A stretch of DNA of 64,000 nucleotides from an uncultured Eubacteriales bacterium. Its GTDB lineage: Bacteria > Acidobacteriota > Aminicenantia > Aminicenantales > Aminicenantaceae. The notes below the pieces were generated by a model that was not told the DNA's origin, searched no databases, and saw nothing but the letters and a program-made list of their open reading frames with translations. The translations under genes and the position numbers were made by a program. This document shows positions 1-10,302 of this stretch, piece by piece (within the stretch, counting starts at the first letter, position 1; each line of letters starts with the position of its first letter). The stretch covers positions 2,850 to 66,849 of the forward strand of contig CAYFWF010000043.1 of assembly GCA_964346815.1 (NCBI GenBank). The letters run 5' to 3'.

Positions 1-52
1 GATTTCAGCAAACTCCATTGCTCAAACGAATTATTGGCTTTAGCTTTTTTCC

Positions 53-457
53 TTATCTTTTATAAAAGTAGTTGATTTCCCATTCGGCTGTTTCAGAGGC
101 ATCAGATCCATGGACAGCATTGCGCTCCACAGAAAATCCAAACGTATGACGCAGTGTTCCGGGTTCAGCCAATGCAGGATCTGTTGCTCCCATTACACTG
201 CGCCAATGGGCTATCGCGTCCTCTCTTTCAAGAACCATAACGAAAATGTCCCTAGAAGACATGAAGTCTGTTAAGCTTTCGTAGAAATGTTTATCCTTGT
301 GAACGATATAGAAGCCCTTGGCATCTTCTTTTGTTAGATGGAGCTGTCTCGTCCCGGTAATCTTAAAACCTTCTTCCTCAATTCTTTGGATGATTTTTCC
401 TACAACCTTTTTCTTGACTGCATCTGGCTTGATGATAGCCAGCGTTTTTTCTGACAT
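53..457 (-). CDS. ndk: nucleoside diphosphate kinase
   Basis: 134 aa. N-terminal TLAIIKPDAV motif and NDK-typical length and sequence throughout. Confidence 0.95.
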   Translation of the reverse strand: MSEKTLAIIKPDAVKKKVVGKIIQRIEEEGFKITGTRQLHLTKEDAKGFYIVHKDKHFYESLTDFMSSRDIFVMVLEREDAIAHWRSVMGATDPALAEPGTLRHTFGFSVERNAVHGSDASETAEWEINYFYKR

Positions 458-512
458 TATGACTCCTTTATGATTATGAAATTATCGATCTCAAATTGAA
501 CAACATCAATCG

Positions 513-977
513 TTAAATGATTTTTCTCTCTTTTTTTGCTTTAGCCTCGAGTACAGCTCCAACAGCTGCTCCGAGACCAGCCCCGATTCCTATCCCAGCC
601 CCGACATTTCCCAGGGCAGCACCAATGGAAACGCCCAACGCAACTCCAATACCGTTCCCTATGGCCATATAAGCTCCTGAAGCAATCAGTTTATGGTTCT
701 TACGGAGATGTTTCACAATATCATTGATCTTGGTATTGTGATCCCTGCCTGCAGTGGGCGAGAGCTGAACGATCCCACCCAAATTCTGCAGAAGGTTCGA
801 GATGACTCCTTTGTATTGATAACATTCTCCACACGTCGATGAAAATTCATCGACCCTTTTACACACTTTTTCCAGTAATTCCAGCTTATATTTCCTTTCT
901 TCCTTTTTACTGAATTTTTTTTTAATCCGATCGATTTCTTCAGTTACATCCTCAAACCAGTCCTTAAAAGGAGGCAT
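513..977 (-). CDS. hypothetical protein with N-terminal Cys motif and C-terminal glycine-zipper membrane segment
   Basis: 154 aa. C-x9-C-x2-C in the N-terminal half. The C-terminus is a run of GxxxG/AxxxG repeats (GNGIGVALGVSIGAALGNVGAGIGIGAGLGAAVGAV). It lies directly upstream of ndk on the same strand. Confidence 0.5.
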   Translation of the reverse strand: MPPFKDWFEDVTEEIDRIKKKFSKKEERKYKLELLEKVCKRVDEFSSTCGECYQYKGVISNLLQNLGGIVQLSPTAGRDHNTKINDIVKHLRKNHKLIASGAYMAIGNGIGVALGVSIGAALGNVGAGIGIGAGLGAAVGAVLEAKAKKERKII

Positions 978-1215
978 TCTCTACCTCTTGTTTTTTTGAT
1001 GAGCTGTCTTCGATATCGGTCAGAAATCTTATAGCAAAGGGATTAAGACAAGTCAATTTATCAAAAATATTAAAAAATATTTTTGTATCCGTGACAGTTT
1101 GCTGGGTTAGTCAAACAATCTATATCTCGAGGCCTGCAGGAGTTGGAAACATATCAAATTTCAGTTGGTTTCAGATAATTGACGCTGTAGAAGTTGGACT
1201 GTACAATAGATTCTC

Positions 1216-1887
1216 ATGTCAGCAGACCAAAATCGAGAAAATCTTGAAAAATTAGCCACCGAGCATGGATTTTCGTTATTCGGTGTCGCAGATATAACGG
1301 AAGTTCGAAGAGATTTCTATCTCGACCTTGGCCTTGTAATCCAGTTCAATCGAGGGATTGCACTCGCAAAGAAACTTCTCGATCCCATCGTCGAGGATAT
1401 ACAGGATAAACCCACGCCTCTCTACTTCCACCATTACCGACAACTGAATTTTTTCCTCGACAGAGCAGCTTTCATGTTGTCGTCTTATATTCAAGAGCAG
1501 GGATATAAAGCCCTTCCCATTCCAGCCTCCCAAATCATAGATTGGGAAAGACACCTAGGTCATGTCTCACACAAAAGAGTCGGTCAATTAGCAGGGCTGG
1601 GATGGATAGGGCGGAATAATCTTCTCGTCAATTCCGAATTAGGATCACGGTTCAGGCTGGTCACAATCCTGACCGACCTGCCCATGGAACCAGATAAACC
1701 TTTGACTCGAGACTGCGGTGAGTGCAAAGCTTGCCTTCCGCTTTGCCCAGCGCGAGCTATTAAGGAGCATAGAGAGGACTTTGACCATTTGGCATGTTAT
1801 GATAAGCTCAGGGAGTTTCGAAGGCAGGGTCTTGTGGGACAGTACATCTGTGGTGTGTGTGTGAAAGCTTGCGGGGGCCCCAAGTAG
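1216..1887 (+). CDS. 4Fe-4S cluster protein, QueG (epoxyqueuosine reductase)-like C-terminal-type domain
   Basis: 223 aa. Has GLGWIGRNNLLVN and a CGECKACLPLCP ferredoxin-type Cys motif, plus a second Cys cluster near the C-terminus. It is shorter than full-length QueG. Confidence 0.5.
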   Translation: MSADQNRENLEKLATEHGFSLFGVADITEVRRDFYLDLGLVIQFNRGIALAKKLLDPIVEDIQDKPTPLYFHHYRQLNFFLDRAAFMLSSYIQEQGYKALPIPASQIIDWERHLGHVSHKRVGQLAGLGWIGRNNLLVNSELGSRFRLVTILTDLPMEPDKPLTRDCGECKACLPLCPARAIKEHREDFDHLACYDKLREFRRQGLVGQYICGVCVKACGGPK

Positions 1888-1891
1888 GGCG

Positions 1892-4800
1892 TTATTTTTT
1901 TGATTTTGGTTCTTGAGGGGCGGTTCGTGTCAGTTCGATCGCTAGTTTGGAGGAAACCGTTTTGTTTTTTCCGGCCTTTTTTGCGTCATAAAGAGCCTTA
2001 TCAGCCAGGTTGGTCAGTTCAGTAGCCGCTTTTTCGTAGTCTGGAGGAAAGATTGTTTTTTTGGGCCGTTTTTTCGCTTTTCCATCTAAATAATAACAGT
2101 GAGCGATGCCCAAGCTTACGGTTTTATTGATGGCCTTTCCTCTTGGGGAAAAGCTAATTTTCTGGAAAGCTTCTCTTATTCTTTCCGCTACGACGTTTGC
2201 ATTCTTTGAATCACCTCCTGGAAGAACAATAATGAACTCATCGCCGCCAAACCGGGCCGCCCAATCATTGATGGCATAATCCTCACTCCCGAATTTTGTT
2301 TTCCATCCATCTTCTTTATACGTCCTGATATTCTGATGGATGACTCGGGCGATCTCCTTGATGACTTTGTCCCCTTCCAAGTGATGGTATGTGTCATTAT
2401 AGGGCTTAAAGTCGTCGATATCCACCATTATGAGAGCCAGAGAACTCCGGAAGGTCTCGGTAGCCTTGATGATTAGGGGGAGTTTTTCATTGAAATATCT
2501 CCTATTATAGAGCCCGGATAGCTCATCGGTTACCGAAAGACGCTTCACTTCTTCTTGGAGCTTCTTCCGTTCTGTTATGTCTTCGACAACGGAATCGAAA
2601 TGAACGATTTTTCCTAACTCGTCCCTTACAGCGGTGGCCGTGACCGAAACCCAGAAAGTCCTCCCGTCTTCTTTTTTCATCAAGATATCTCTGTTCTGTA
2701 CAAAACCATTTTCTTCGATCTCTTTCATAAAAAAGCCGCTGTCATTCGGATTCTGATACAGATCTGCTATTTTGAGATCCAGGAATTTTTTCGCATCTTT
2801 TAAGCCGAACATGTCTACTACGGCAGGATTGGCTTCAAGAATCTTCCCTTCTGGGGTAGCACGGAGAACACCGATCTGAATATTGGTGATGAGTTCGCGA
2901 TATTTCTTCTCCGATTCCTTGATTTTTTTTGAAAGTATGCGTTTTTGGATAATTTCTGAAATCAAGTTGGCAAAGATCTCCAATGGTCTGACTGATTCTT
3001 CTGTAGGAAGTGATCCACTTTTTGAATCATCCACCGAGATCATCCCGATGACCTCACCTTTTGTATCCCTCATTGAAACGAGAAGATTGTCGTCTCTATT
3101 CCAGGAGTTTTCGTCTTCGGGATAAGTTCTTTCACTGGTTATCAAAGCGTTTCGATCCAAGATGTCTTTTTGATGATGGGGAATGAAACAGGATTGGTTT
3201 CCGAGCTTTATTCCTTTTTCGAAATAACTGAGATATTTGCGCTTAGGCATCTCAACGTTTTTGACTTTTTCAACAACTTCCTTCTTGACTCCCTTATGAG
3301 CGATGATCTCTCGATAGGGAAATTCGTCGATGAAGTAGGAAATAAGGACTCGACTGAAGTCAGAGATGTCAACCACAGCCTGAGCTATATACTCGAAGAG
3401 TTCTTTCTCATCCTCTATGGCGAGTATGGCGGCCGAGATTTTTGTGAATCTTTCGAGCTGCCGGCTCATTTTTTTCATCTTTTCTTCGGCGCTTTTTCGA
3501 TCAGTGATGTCCATATCCATAGCAACTGCGATGGGTTCTTGGCCGGCAATTATGATTGGAAAAATAGAGGCAAGGATATATTTTTCTTTTCCAGAATTTC
3601 TGTTATATGTCCATTCCAGAAGAGGCGAGGGCGTATTCGTCCGGATGACTTTTTCGAGAAGCTCTTTGAATTTTGCCTCCTCAGCCTCAGATATCAGGAT
3701 ACCTTTCAGGCTTTTTCCCTTAACTTGAGACTCGGATAATCCCAGAAGCTCCTCTGAATATTGATTCCAGAAGATGACTTCGCCGTTATTGTTAAAACCC
3801 TGTATGGCAATATTTGGTGCAAGGTCAATGATCGCTTTGAATTGTGCTCTCGAGTTTTCCACATCCTGACAAATCTGGTTGAGTTCCTCAAGAGCCTTTT
3901 TTTTCTCAGTGATGTCGGATGAGATCGCAAGGATCCCGTAGGGCTCTTTGCCCTCCATCATTTTGCAGGAAGAGATTTTAATGTGGCGAATTTTCCCATT
4001 CTTATCGAGAAGAGTGAGTTCTTGCTGTCGGTTATTGCCTTCGAGTAAGCTTGAGAAAATTTTCTCAAAACCTGGGGCGTACTCTGGTTGAACTATGGCA
4101 GAAAGATCTTTTCCGATGATATCTTCAGGCATATAGCCAAGTTGGTGCCGGATCGATGGACTGATAAAAGTAATTTTTCCTCCTGGATCCATCATGATTA
4201 TAATTTCGGTTATGTTGTCGATAAGAGTTTGGTATTTATCTTCTGTTCTTCGGAGGACCTTCTCGAGTTTTTTAATCTCCGAGATATCTTTGATAATCTC
4301 CATTTCAGCCGGACGGCCTTCGTACTGGATAATTGAAGAATGAATCTCCACATCCTTTGTAGATCCATCTTTACGTTGAATTTGAGTTTGAAAAGTCGAA
4401 GGAACATTTTCTTCTACCATCCGAATCTTTTGGCGCTGAGCCAGAGTTTCTTTATCTTTTGAAGGAAGCCAATCGAAAAAGCGTTTTCCTTTGTATTCTT
4501 CGTAGTCATATCCAAGTATTTCTGATGTGGAATCGTTGGCATATTTACAGATTCCGTCTTGAATGATAACAATCCCATCTTGCGCCTGCGCTGAGAGATC
4601 AGTGAACTTCTTTTCAGTGGCCTTCAGGGCAGCTTCGATCTTTTTCCTTTCCGTAATGTCTCGGGCGACTCCTCTTATGGCGCTTATTCTACCTTTTTTG
4701 TCTTTGACAGTTCTGAGATGGATTTCGAGAGGAATCCTGTTCCCGTTAGAAGAAATTACTTCGGCTTCGAAATAAGGATTCTTGAGTCCTTGGGGAGCTT

Positions 4801-5077
4801 CGTTGAGGATTCTATACACTGTATTTTGATGTTCGGGTGCAACAAGATTTTGTAAATCACTCTTCAATATAACAGACGGGGAATGGCCAGTGATCCTTTG
4901 GGCAGCCATATTGAGAAGGAGGAATTTCCCTTTTAGGTCGACAAGAAAAAATATATCCGGAGCATTTTCGACGAGGGTTCGATAATTCACATCGAAATCG
5001 CTCAAATCCACATCGGGAATTAACTCCTTTACATCATCACTCTCTGGACTAATTTGTGCATCTTCATGACTAGCCAT
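1892..5077 (-). CDS. multi-PAS/GAF sensor diguanylate cyclase (GGDEF)
   Basis: 1061 aa. Several PAS-like repeats (RDITERKK, EDITERKK and ITDRK boundaries) and a C-terminal GGDEF domain (RFGGDEFIIVLPG). Confidence 0.85.
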   Translation of the reverse strand: MASHEDAQISPESDDVKELIPDVDLSDFDVNYRTLVENAPDIFFLVDLKGKFLLLNMAAQRITGHSPSVILKSDLQNLVAPEHQNTVYRILNEAPQGLKNPYFEAEVISSNGNRIPLEIHLRTVKDKKGRISAIRGVARDITERKKIEAALKATEKKFTDLSAQAQDGIVIIQDGICKYANDSTSEILGYDYEEYKGKRFFDWLPSKDKETLAQRQKIRMVEENVPSTFQTQIQRKDGSTKDVEIHSSIIQYEGRPAEMEIIKDISEIKKLEKVLRRTEDKYQTLIDNITEIIIMMDPGGKITFISPSIRHQLGYMPEDIIGKDLSAIVQPEYAPGFEKIFSSLLEGNNRQQELTLLDKNGKIRHIKISSCKMMEGKEPYGILAISSDITEKKKALEELNQICQDVENSRAQFKAIIDLAPNIAIQGFNNNGEVIFWNQYSEELLGLSESQVKGKSLKGILISEAEEAKFKELLEKVIRTNTPSPLLEWTYNRNSGKEKYILASIFPIIIAGQEPIAVAMDMDITDRKSAEEKMKKMSRQLERFTKISAAILAIEDEKELFEYIAQAVVDISDFSRVLISYFIDEFPYREIIAHKGVKKEVVEKVKNVEMPKRKYLSYFEKGIKLGNQSCFIPHHQKDILDRNALITSERTYPEDENSWNRDDNLLVSMRDTKGEVIGMISVDDSKSGSLPTEESVRPLEIFANLISEIIQKRILSKKIKESEKKYRELITNIQIGVLRATPEGKILEANPAVVDMFGLKDAKKFLDLKIADLYQNPNDSGFFMKEIEENGFVQNRDILMKKEDGRTFWVSVTATAVRDELGKIVHFDSVVEDITERKKLQEEVKRLSVTDELSGLYNRRYFNEKLPLIIKATETFRSSLALIMVDIDDFKPYNDTYHHLEGDKVIKEIARVIHQNIRTYKEDGWKTKFGSEDYAINDWAARFGGDEFIIVLPGGDSKNANVVAERIREAFQKISFSPRGKAINKTVSLGIAHCYYLDGKAKKRPKKTIFPPDYEKAATELTNLADKALYDAKKAGKNKTVSSKLAIELTRTAPQEPKSKK

Positions 5078-5310
5078 ATTTTTTCCCTCTTATTTTTTTA
5101 AATACGCCTCGCTTCCAGAAGGATAGGAGAAGCAGAAGAAGATGTAAATCGCCTTGAAAGATGATATGGAGGATGTTTTTACAGAAAAGTTTTTAGCCTT
5201 TTAGGACGAAAGGGCTCACCTTCTGCGGCTAGTCAAACGGCACGCTGGCTTTGCACCATTTTTTAATGGAGAGTAGGGATTGCCATTTTCTCCAGGTCTC
5301 TTGCGAAAAA

Positions 5311-5904
5311 CTAAGGGCTCCTTTTTTTACAGGGGATCCAGATTTCTGTTTTTTTGGAGGACTGAGCATCTGGAGTTCCCGTTTCAAGGTATTTTTCTAA
5401 CACGGGTCCAACCTTGTCATAGCCATTGGCCTCCATCCATTCAAATATGTCTGTTATGGCTTCTCCAGTTTCCTCATAGGGTCCTGTGTGTATGGCCGTG
5501 GCTACAGTTGTGTAGTTCCATATATTTCTCTCCAAGGGTGCTTGGACAAGAGTTTGTTCGGTGATCGGAAATCCAATTTCCCATTCCATTTTCATATTTT
5601 CCTGGGGATTTGGTCCCGGAACAGTATGATATATTCCAAACATCGGCCCCTGAGGATGAACGTTTTGACTCCTCATGGTGGCGATGAGGTTCTTTATGAC
5701 CTGCTCGATTTCCGAGAATGGGCCTGTATGGCGGATGCTGCAGAAAACAAAGGGATCCACCTCCTTCACTTCTACGCCCATTTCTCCCGGAATGCCTCTT
5801 TCCGCTCTTGAATGTTGAGCGAAGATGAAAACCATTAGAGGTATCATGATTAAAAGGATGGTTTTTCTCACCGGTTGCCTCCTCTCTAGTTTGTGTCTTC
5901 CCAC
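5311..5904 (-). CDS. secreted GyrI-like small-molecule-binding domain protein
   Basis: 197 aa. N-terminal hydrophobic signal/TM segment. The C-terminal half resembles the GyrI-like/AraC effector-binding fold (GPYEETGEAITDIFEWMEANGY). Confidence 0.45.
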   Translation of the reverse strand: MGRHKLERRQPVRKTILLIMIPLMVFIFAQHSRAERGIPGEMGVEVKEVDPFVFCSIRHTGPFSEIEQVIKNLIATMRSQNVHPQGPMFGIYHTVPGPNPQENMKMEWEIGFPITEQTLVQAPLERNIWNYTTVATAIHTGPYEETGEAITDIFEWMEANGYDKVGPVLEKYLETGTPDAQSSKKTEIWIPCKKRSP

Positions 5905-5981
5905 ACCTGTTTTGTCGTACGAAGAAATGATAATACAACAGCGCTCCTAACGCAAGCTTATGAAATTGCCTTATTGTTTGT

Positions 5982-6659
5982 TTAGACGATGTTTCTGTGA
6001 TACCGGGTATAAAGGCTTATGAGAGGATTATGGCCCGTGAGGCGATCTTTTACGATGAGGGTAGTAACCGGGGCATGCGAGTGCTTGGTGAAGAGCATGT
6101 CATGTCCAACACAGAGCCCGACCAGAATGTTGAAACTGGTACCGGTTTTGTTCAAGAGTTCTGCTTGAAGGAGAGGGTTGCATGCTGCCTCGAAATTTTT
6201 CGGATCTCTAATTTTGTAGCTTTCTGGAATGCCCAGCTCTTCCTTGTCAACTGCCCCACATGAACAAATCACTGAAGCGATCTCGAGGCCTTTTTTCTCC
6301 AATATATCCTGGGCCCTGGAGGCTTCATCGCTCAGACCGCTGCAAAAGGCCATACCTAGTTTGGCTGCCCCGATCCTTTTGGCGAACTCGGCGATTTCTT
6401 TTATCCTGGGCCTGGTTGGAATTATCTCTCCCATTTCTCTCGCGGCCTTTTCCTCATAAGCCTCCTTCTCGATTAGAGCGGAATTTTGGAAAAAGCTTTT
6501 TATCTCTTCTCCGCCGTATTTCTGCTTTATCTCCTGGATCAGACTCTGAAAATTTTTCATAGGACAGAAAGAGGGGAGTTTCTCTTCATCTGTTATCCCT
6601 TTCTGACAATACATCGCCTTACAATGGCCGCATTTTGGATCTATCATTTTATCTTGCAT
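5982..6659 (-). CDS. Cys-rich putative metal-binding protein (DUF1847-like)
   Basis: 225 aa. CGHCKAMYCQ near the N-terminus, further Cys pairs, and a GLCVGHD motif. The family assignment is from memory only. Confidence 0.4.
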   Translation of the reverse strand: MQDKMIDPKCGHCKAMYCQKGITDEEKLPSFCPMKNFQSLIQEIKQKYGGEEIKSFFQNSALIEKEAYEEKAAREMGEIIPTRPRIKEIAEFAKRIGAAKLGMAFCSGLSDEASRAQDILEKKGLEIASVICSCGAVDKEELGIPESYKIRDPKNFEAACNPLLQAELLNKTGTSFNILVGLCVGHDMLFTKHSHAPVTTLIVKDRLTGHNPLISLYTRYHRNIV

Positions 6660-6699
6660 CCTAAAAAATTTAGTTGAATTCCTCGACAGATACTCCAGG

Positions 6700-9336
6700 T
6701 TACCTGTTGGGATAGAGACTGTACCACCATTCTGGCTGGTTCTTTAACCAACGGTCGAACCACGCTATGATTGTTTTTGTCCAGATTTTCCTCTTATTGA
6801 AATTCAAGATGTGATGATTTTGTTCATGTATTTGGATGTACTCCACTTCTCTTCCCAATATCTTCAGAGCTGTAAAAAGTTGGGTGCTCTCACCAGGTGG
6901 AACATTAGTGTCTTCAGAGCCATGAAGCAGCAGCAGAGGAGTTGTGATTTTGTCAGCACTAAAAAGAGCACTCTGGTTGATATAAATATCTTTACGATTC
7001 CAGGGATAGCTGTTGGCAGCAGCATAGGCGGAATACGAATATCCCCAGTATCCTTCACCCCAGTAGCTGGCAATGGAACTGATCCCAGCATGAGCCACTG
7101 CTGCGGAAAACATACTGGTTCGGGTTTGGATGAGCATGGTGATGAATCCTCCGTATGATGCGCCGATACACCCGACTTTTTTTGGATCGATAAAGGGATG
7201 TGCAGCTAGAAACTCCTTGACACCGTAGATGATGTCATCGGCCACGATGAAGCCCCAGTCGTTGACATGATGAGCTGAAAATCGCTGTCCGTAGCCTATA
7301 GCCCCGCTCGGCTGAAGAACATAGACCACATAGCCCTGCGCAGCCCAGAGATTTTTCGGATATCGTCCTCCGAATTCGCGGGTGACGGGAGTGGTGCCGC
7401 CGTAGTAATAGACAATACAGGGATATTTCTTGTTTGGATCGAAATCAGGAGGATAATAAATACGTCCCTCAATGAGGCGTCCTTGCTGGTTGTTAAAGGT
7501 CCAGCGTTGAACGTCGCCAAATTCCACATCGCCAAATTCCTCTTCCGCTGGGTCGCAGATCAGTCGAGATTTCGCGTTTTTAAGGTTGAGAAAATAGGCC
7601 TTAGGCGGTCGAGCAGCTCCTGATCCTATGAGTACTGCCAGAGCCTTGTCTTTGGCAAAATCGACGTGATCGATGACTTCTACTCCCGCAACAGAAATAT
7701 TGAGATACTCCTTCTTTTCCAGATCGAATCTGAAGAGACGGCGGTATGAATGATTAATCGTGAGAAAATATATGGCATTTTCTTTTTGGCTCCAGTAGGC
7801 CTGAGCTATCGCTGGACTGAAATCTTTCGATATCGGCTCTACCTGTTTCGTTTCAGGATCGAACAGATAGGCCTGGATATCGAACTCATTGGGAATCACA
7901 TTGGCTGGAACATTCTTGCCGACATCACCAAATGCCGAAGGCCCTCCGAGAATCAGAATTTTTGTCCCGTCTGGGCTCCACTGGGCTTGGCCCATCCACT
8001 TCCCTTCCCAGAGCAGTCTGTGTTTAAGGGTTATGAGATCGAGTGAATAGAGTTCGGTTTTTTCAAAAGGTCTCTCCGAATAGTCGATCAGTGTGCGGGT
8101 GAACAAAAGCTTTTTTCCGTCCTGACTTATGCTGTTGAGAGTTGTGGAGAAGTTACCCGCGGTCAATCTTTCTTTTGCTCCTTCAGGCACAGTTATTTTA
8201 TACAGGTAAGATTTGTTCCTCCACCAGGGCTGTCGATCGGAAAGATTCTGAAAGCGTTTGACTCCCTGAAGATTCGAGCTGCCTTTTTGGGCAATTGAAT
8301 AGATGATGAAATGACCGTCGGGAGACCACGTATGCGTGCCCATATTTGCCACATTTTCAAGGATTGGGACAGATGTGCCTTTTTCCAAATCGACAACCCA
8401 GAGGGTTGAACCTGATTTGTTCTGGGTTGTGTAAGAGAACTTTTTACCCGATGGGGCCCATTTAACTCTGGAGATAGAGGTTGCGCCTCGATAGGTATGG
8501 ATAAGGCGGTTTTCCGAGAGGTCATACAATTCCACCCAACTTTCGGCGTCATCACTAGGAGGAAGGGCCCTACGTAAGGATACAGCAGCCAAAGTTCCAT
8601 CTGGGGATACGGATATCCTTGAAAGTTCAGGTGTTTCGAGCAAGTGATAAATGGTCATGTGTCGACCGGGAGAAAGGGTGAGAAGGGGAGGAGGAGAAGC
8701 ATATTTTTCATCGAAGGAGAGCGTCCCTTTCATGGACCATTCCTCATTCCAATCAGGAACATATACGGACTTCACGAGAAGCAAATGTTTTCCTGTTTCT
8801 ATGCTCAAGTCTGAATGAATTTTTCCCCCACTCGGAGATTTATTCTTATCTTCTGAGTCATCAGCATTGATTTTGGTTCCAATGAGATCGCCATCAACAA
8901 AGAGGCGAAAAGGTTGTGTGCTGTGGAGGGTCACCCGTGCCCTTGTCCATCTTTTTACATCTATATAGACTCCAAAATAGGCAATATTGGGATATGAACC
9001 GCCTTCCAAGAGTATAACACCTTCTTCGTCGGACTGGATTTTTCTCCATTGATTTAGAGTTCCGTCGTGCCATTTTACAGTTTTTTTAGCTTTAGGCCTG
9101 AGTTCAGCTGGTTCGATCTGCTCGAATGCTACCAACTCTTTGATTGTGGATTCAGTTTTAATTTCTTCAACTGAAGCTGGAAGAGGATTGGAAAACGGTC
9201 CCAAAAACATCCATTCGGATATGGTCAGTTCCGTGGTTCTCTCCTGTTCCTCCTCAGGATCAGCCTGGCTGAGAAGGAAAAGCGGCATCACGAGAAGGAC
9301 AAAAATAGGAATCCATTGCCTAATTTTTTTGTTCAT
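6700..9336 (-). CDS. secreted S9 family serine peptidase (prolyl oligopeptidase/acylaminoacyl-peptidase type) with N-terminal beta-propeller
   Basis: 878 aa. Signal peptide, long WD40/TolB-like propeller region, and a C-terminal alpha/beta hydrolase with GASYGG nucleophile elbow. Confidence 0.85.
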   Translation of the reverse strand: MNKKIRQWIPIFVLLVMPLFLLSQADPEEEQERTTELTISEWMFLGPFSNPLPASVEEIKTESTIKELVAFEQIEPAELRPKAKKTVKWHDGTLNQWRKIQSDEEGVILLEGGSYPNIAYFGVYIDVKRWTRARVTLHSTQPFRLFVDGDLIGTKINADDSEDKNKSPSGGKIHSDLSIETGKHLLLVKSVYVPDWNEEWSMKGTLSFDEKYASPPPLLTLSPGRHMTIYHLLETPELSRISVSPDGTLAAVSLRRALPPSDDAESWVELYDLSENRLIHTYRGATSISRVKWAPSGKKFSYTTQNKSGSTLWVVDLEKGTSVPILENVANMGTHTWSPDGHFIIYSIAQKGSSNLQGVKRFQNLSDRQPWWRNKSYLYKITVPEGAKERLTAGNFSTTLNSISQDGKKLLFTRTLIDYSERPFEKTELYSLDLITLKHRLLWEGKWMGQAQWSPDGTKILILGGPSAFGDVGKNVPANVIPNEFDIQAYLFDPETKQVEPISKDFSPAIAQAYWSQKENAIYFLTINHSYRRLFRFDLEKKEYLNISVAGVEVIDHVDFAKDKALAVLIGSGAARPPKAYFLNLKNAKSRLICDPAEEEFGDVEFGDVQRWTFNNQQGRLIEGRIYYPPDFDPNKKYPCIVYYYGGTTPVTREFGGRYPKNLWAAQGYVVYVLQPSGAIGYGQRFSAHHVNDWGFIVADDIIYGVKEFLAAHPFIDPKKVGCIGASYGGFITMLIQTRTSMFSAAVAHAGISSIASYWGEGYWGYSYSAYAAANSYPWNRKDIYINQSALFSADKITTPLLLLHGSEDTNVPPGESTQLFTALKILGREVEYIQIHEQNHHILNFNKRKIWTKTIIAWFDRWLKNQPEWWYSLYPNR

Positions 9337-9635
9337 CTCAGAATCTTTGATTTCTTAGCTGTGACAAAAATAAGAGTGAGGAATACAGATAAAAAAACTT
9401 TTTTCATCGGTTCTCCATCCTTGTGTCATGGATTTATGCTTGAACGTTCCTGAACGCCGAAAAATCTAATATATCCGATTCAATCTTCGATTGCAATTAT
9501 TCCCGGTCGTACAGAAATCTCCATTTTCATTATTTGTCAGACTGGCTCAAGAAGAAGCCGCTCTGAGGTAAGTGGACAGAGTTCCTCGAAGAGAGAAATG
9601 ACCTCGGGGTGATGTATCAGCTTAACAGATTTTTT

Positions 9636-9923
9636 TTACATCATGTCTAGGAATTCTTGCCACTGGAAAGCTCTCAGAGTTTCTGTAGTCGAATGCCCGT
9701 AGGCGCGGATGATCATGGCAGCCTTAACTATTTGTTCGGGATCCTCGGATTCGACGATATCGATGACGTCAAACCTGCCCATAGTTGAATAGCTCTGCTT
9801 CCATTCAACATCTGGGCACTCGCTCTTGATTTTTTTTGCTACTCTCTCAGCGATTTTTTTGAATTCATAGGGATCACTGAAGGCTTCTGGTGAAATCCGG
9901 CTGAGAATGATGTATGTGTCCAT
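9636..9923 (-). CDS. GYD domain protein
   Basis: 95 aa. Typical GYD family length and sequence (SEDPEQIVKAAMIIRAYGHSTTETLRAF). Confidence 0.7.
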   Translation of the reverse strand: MDTYIILSRISPEAFSDPYEFKKIAERVAKKIKSECPDVEWKQSYSTMGRFDVIDIVESEDPEQIVKAAMIIRAYGHSTTETLRAFQWQEFLDMM

Positions 9924-9934
9924 AAAAAAACCTC

Positions 9935-10123
9935 CTATTTTCCTTCCAGAAAGGCGATCAAATCTTCTTCGTTAATCCACCATTGACGCCCAATCTTCTG
10001 GGCTTTGATCTTTCCTGAACTAAGAAGTTTGAGGGCAGTCACACGGCTGATCTGAAGCTTTTCTTGGATATCTTTCAAGTTATACTGCTGAATCACCTTA
10101 CTTCCCAACCAGATGGTTCTCAT
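9935..10123 (-). CDS. helix-turn-helix DNA-binding protein, excisionase/MerR-like HTH_17 type
   Basis: 62 aa. The pattern LQISRVTALKLLSSGKIKAQKIGRQWWINEEDLIAFL matches excisionase-family HTH proteins. Confidence 0.5.
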   Translation of the reverse strand: MRTIWLGSKVIQQYNLKDIQEKLQISRVTALKLLSSGKIKAQKIGRQWWINEEDLIAFLEGK

Positions 10124-10223
10124 TGTTCTTCGTTTCTAACTATTTTATTCATTTATTTCCTAAAATATACTTTAATTTACTCTAATTGACCTATATTGTC
10201 AAGGACATTTTAAATCTTTTTTC

Positions 10224-10252
10224 TTGACTTCGATAGGTAATTTCATTAATTT
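10224..10252 (+). promoter_or_regulatory. putative sigma70-type promoter (TTGACT-N17-TAATTT) upstream of the M14 peptidase gene
   Basis: Hexamers read directly in an AT-rich intergenic region about 50 nt upstream of the ATG at 10303. Confidence 0.25.
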
Positions 10253-10302
10253 TTTCTCGTTCATTGGAGGGAATGTCCAATAGAAACAGAAAGGAGAGCA
10301 AA

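Noticed and set aside
1276-1554. 92-aa minus-strand ORF inside the QueG-like gene
   Set aside because: It is fully antisense to a well-supported CDS and has no recognisable features.
5474-5938. 154-aa minus-strand ORF overlapping the GyrI-like gene in another frame
   Set aside because: It is rich in Arg/Gly/His with low complexity. The alternative frame gives a coherent signal-peptide plus GyrI-like protein.
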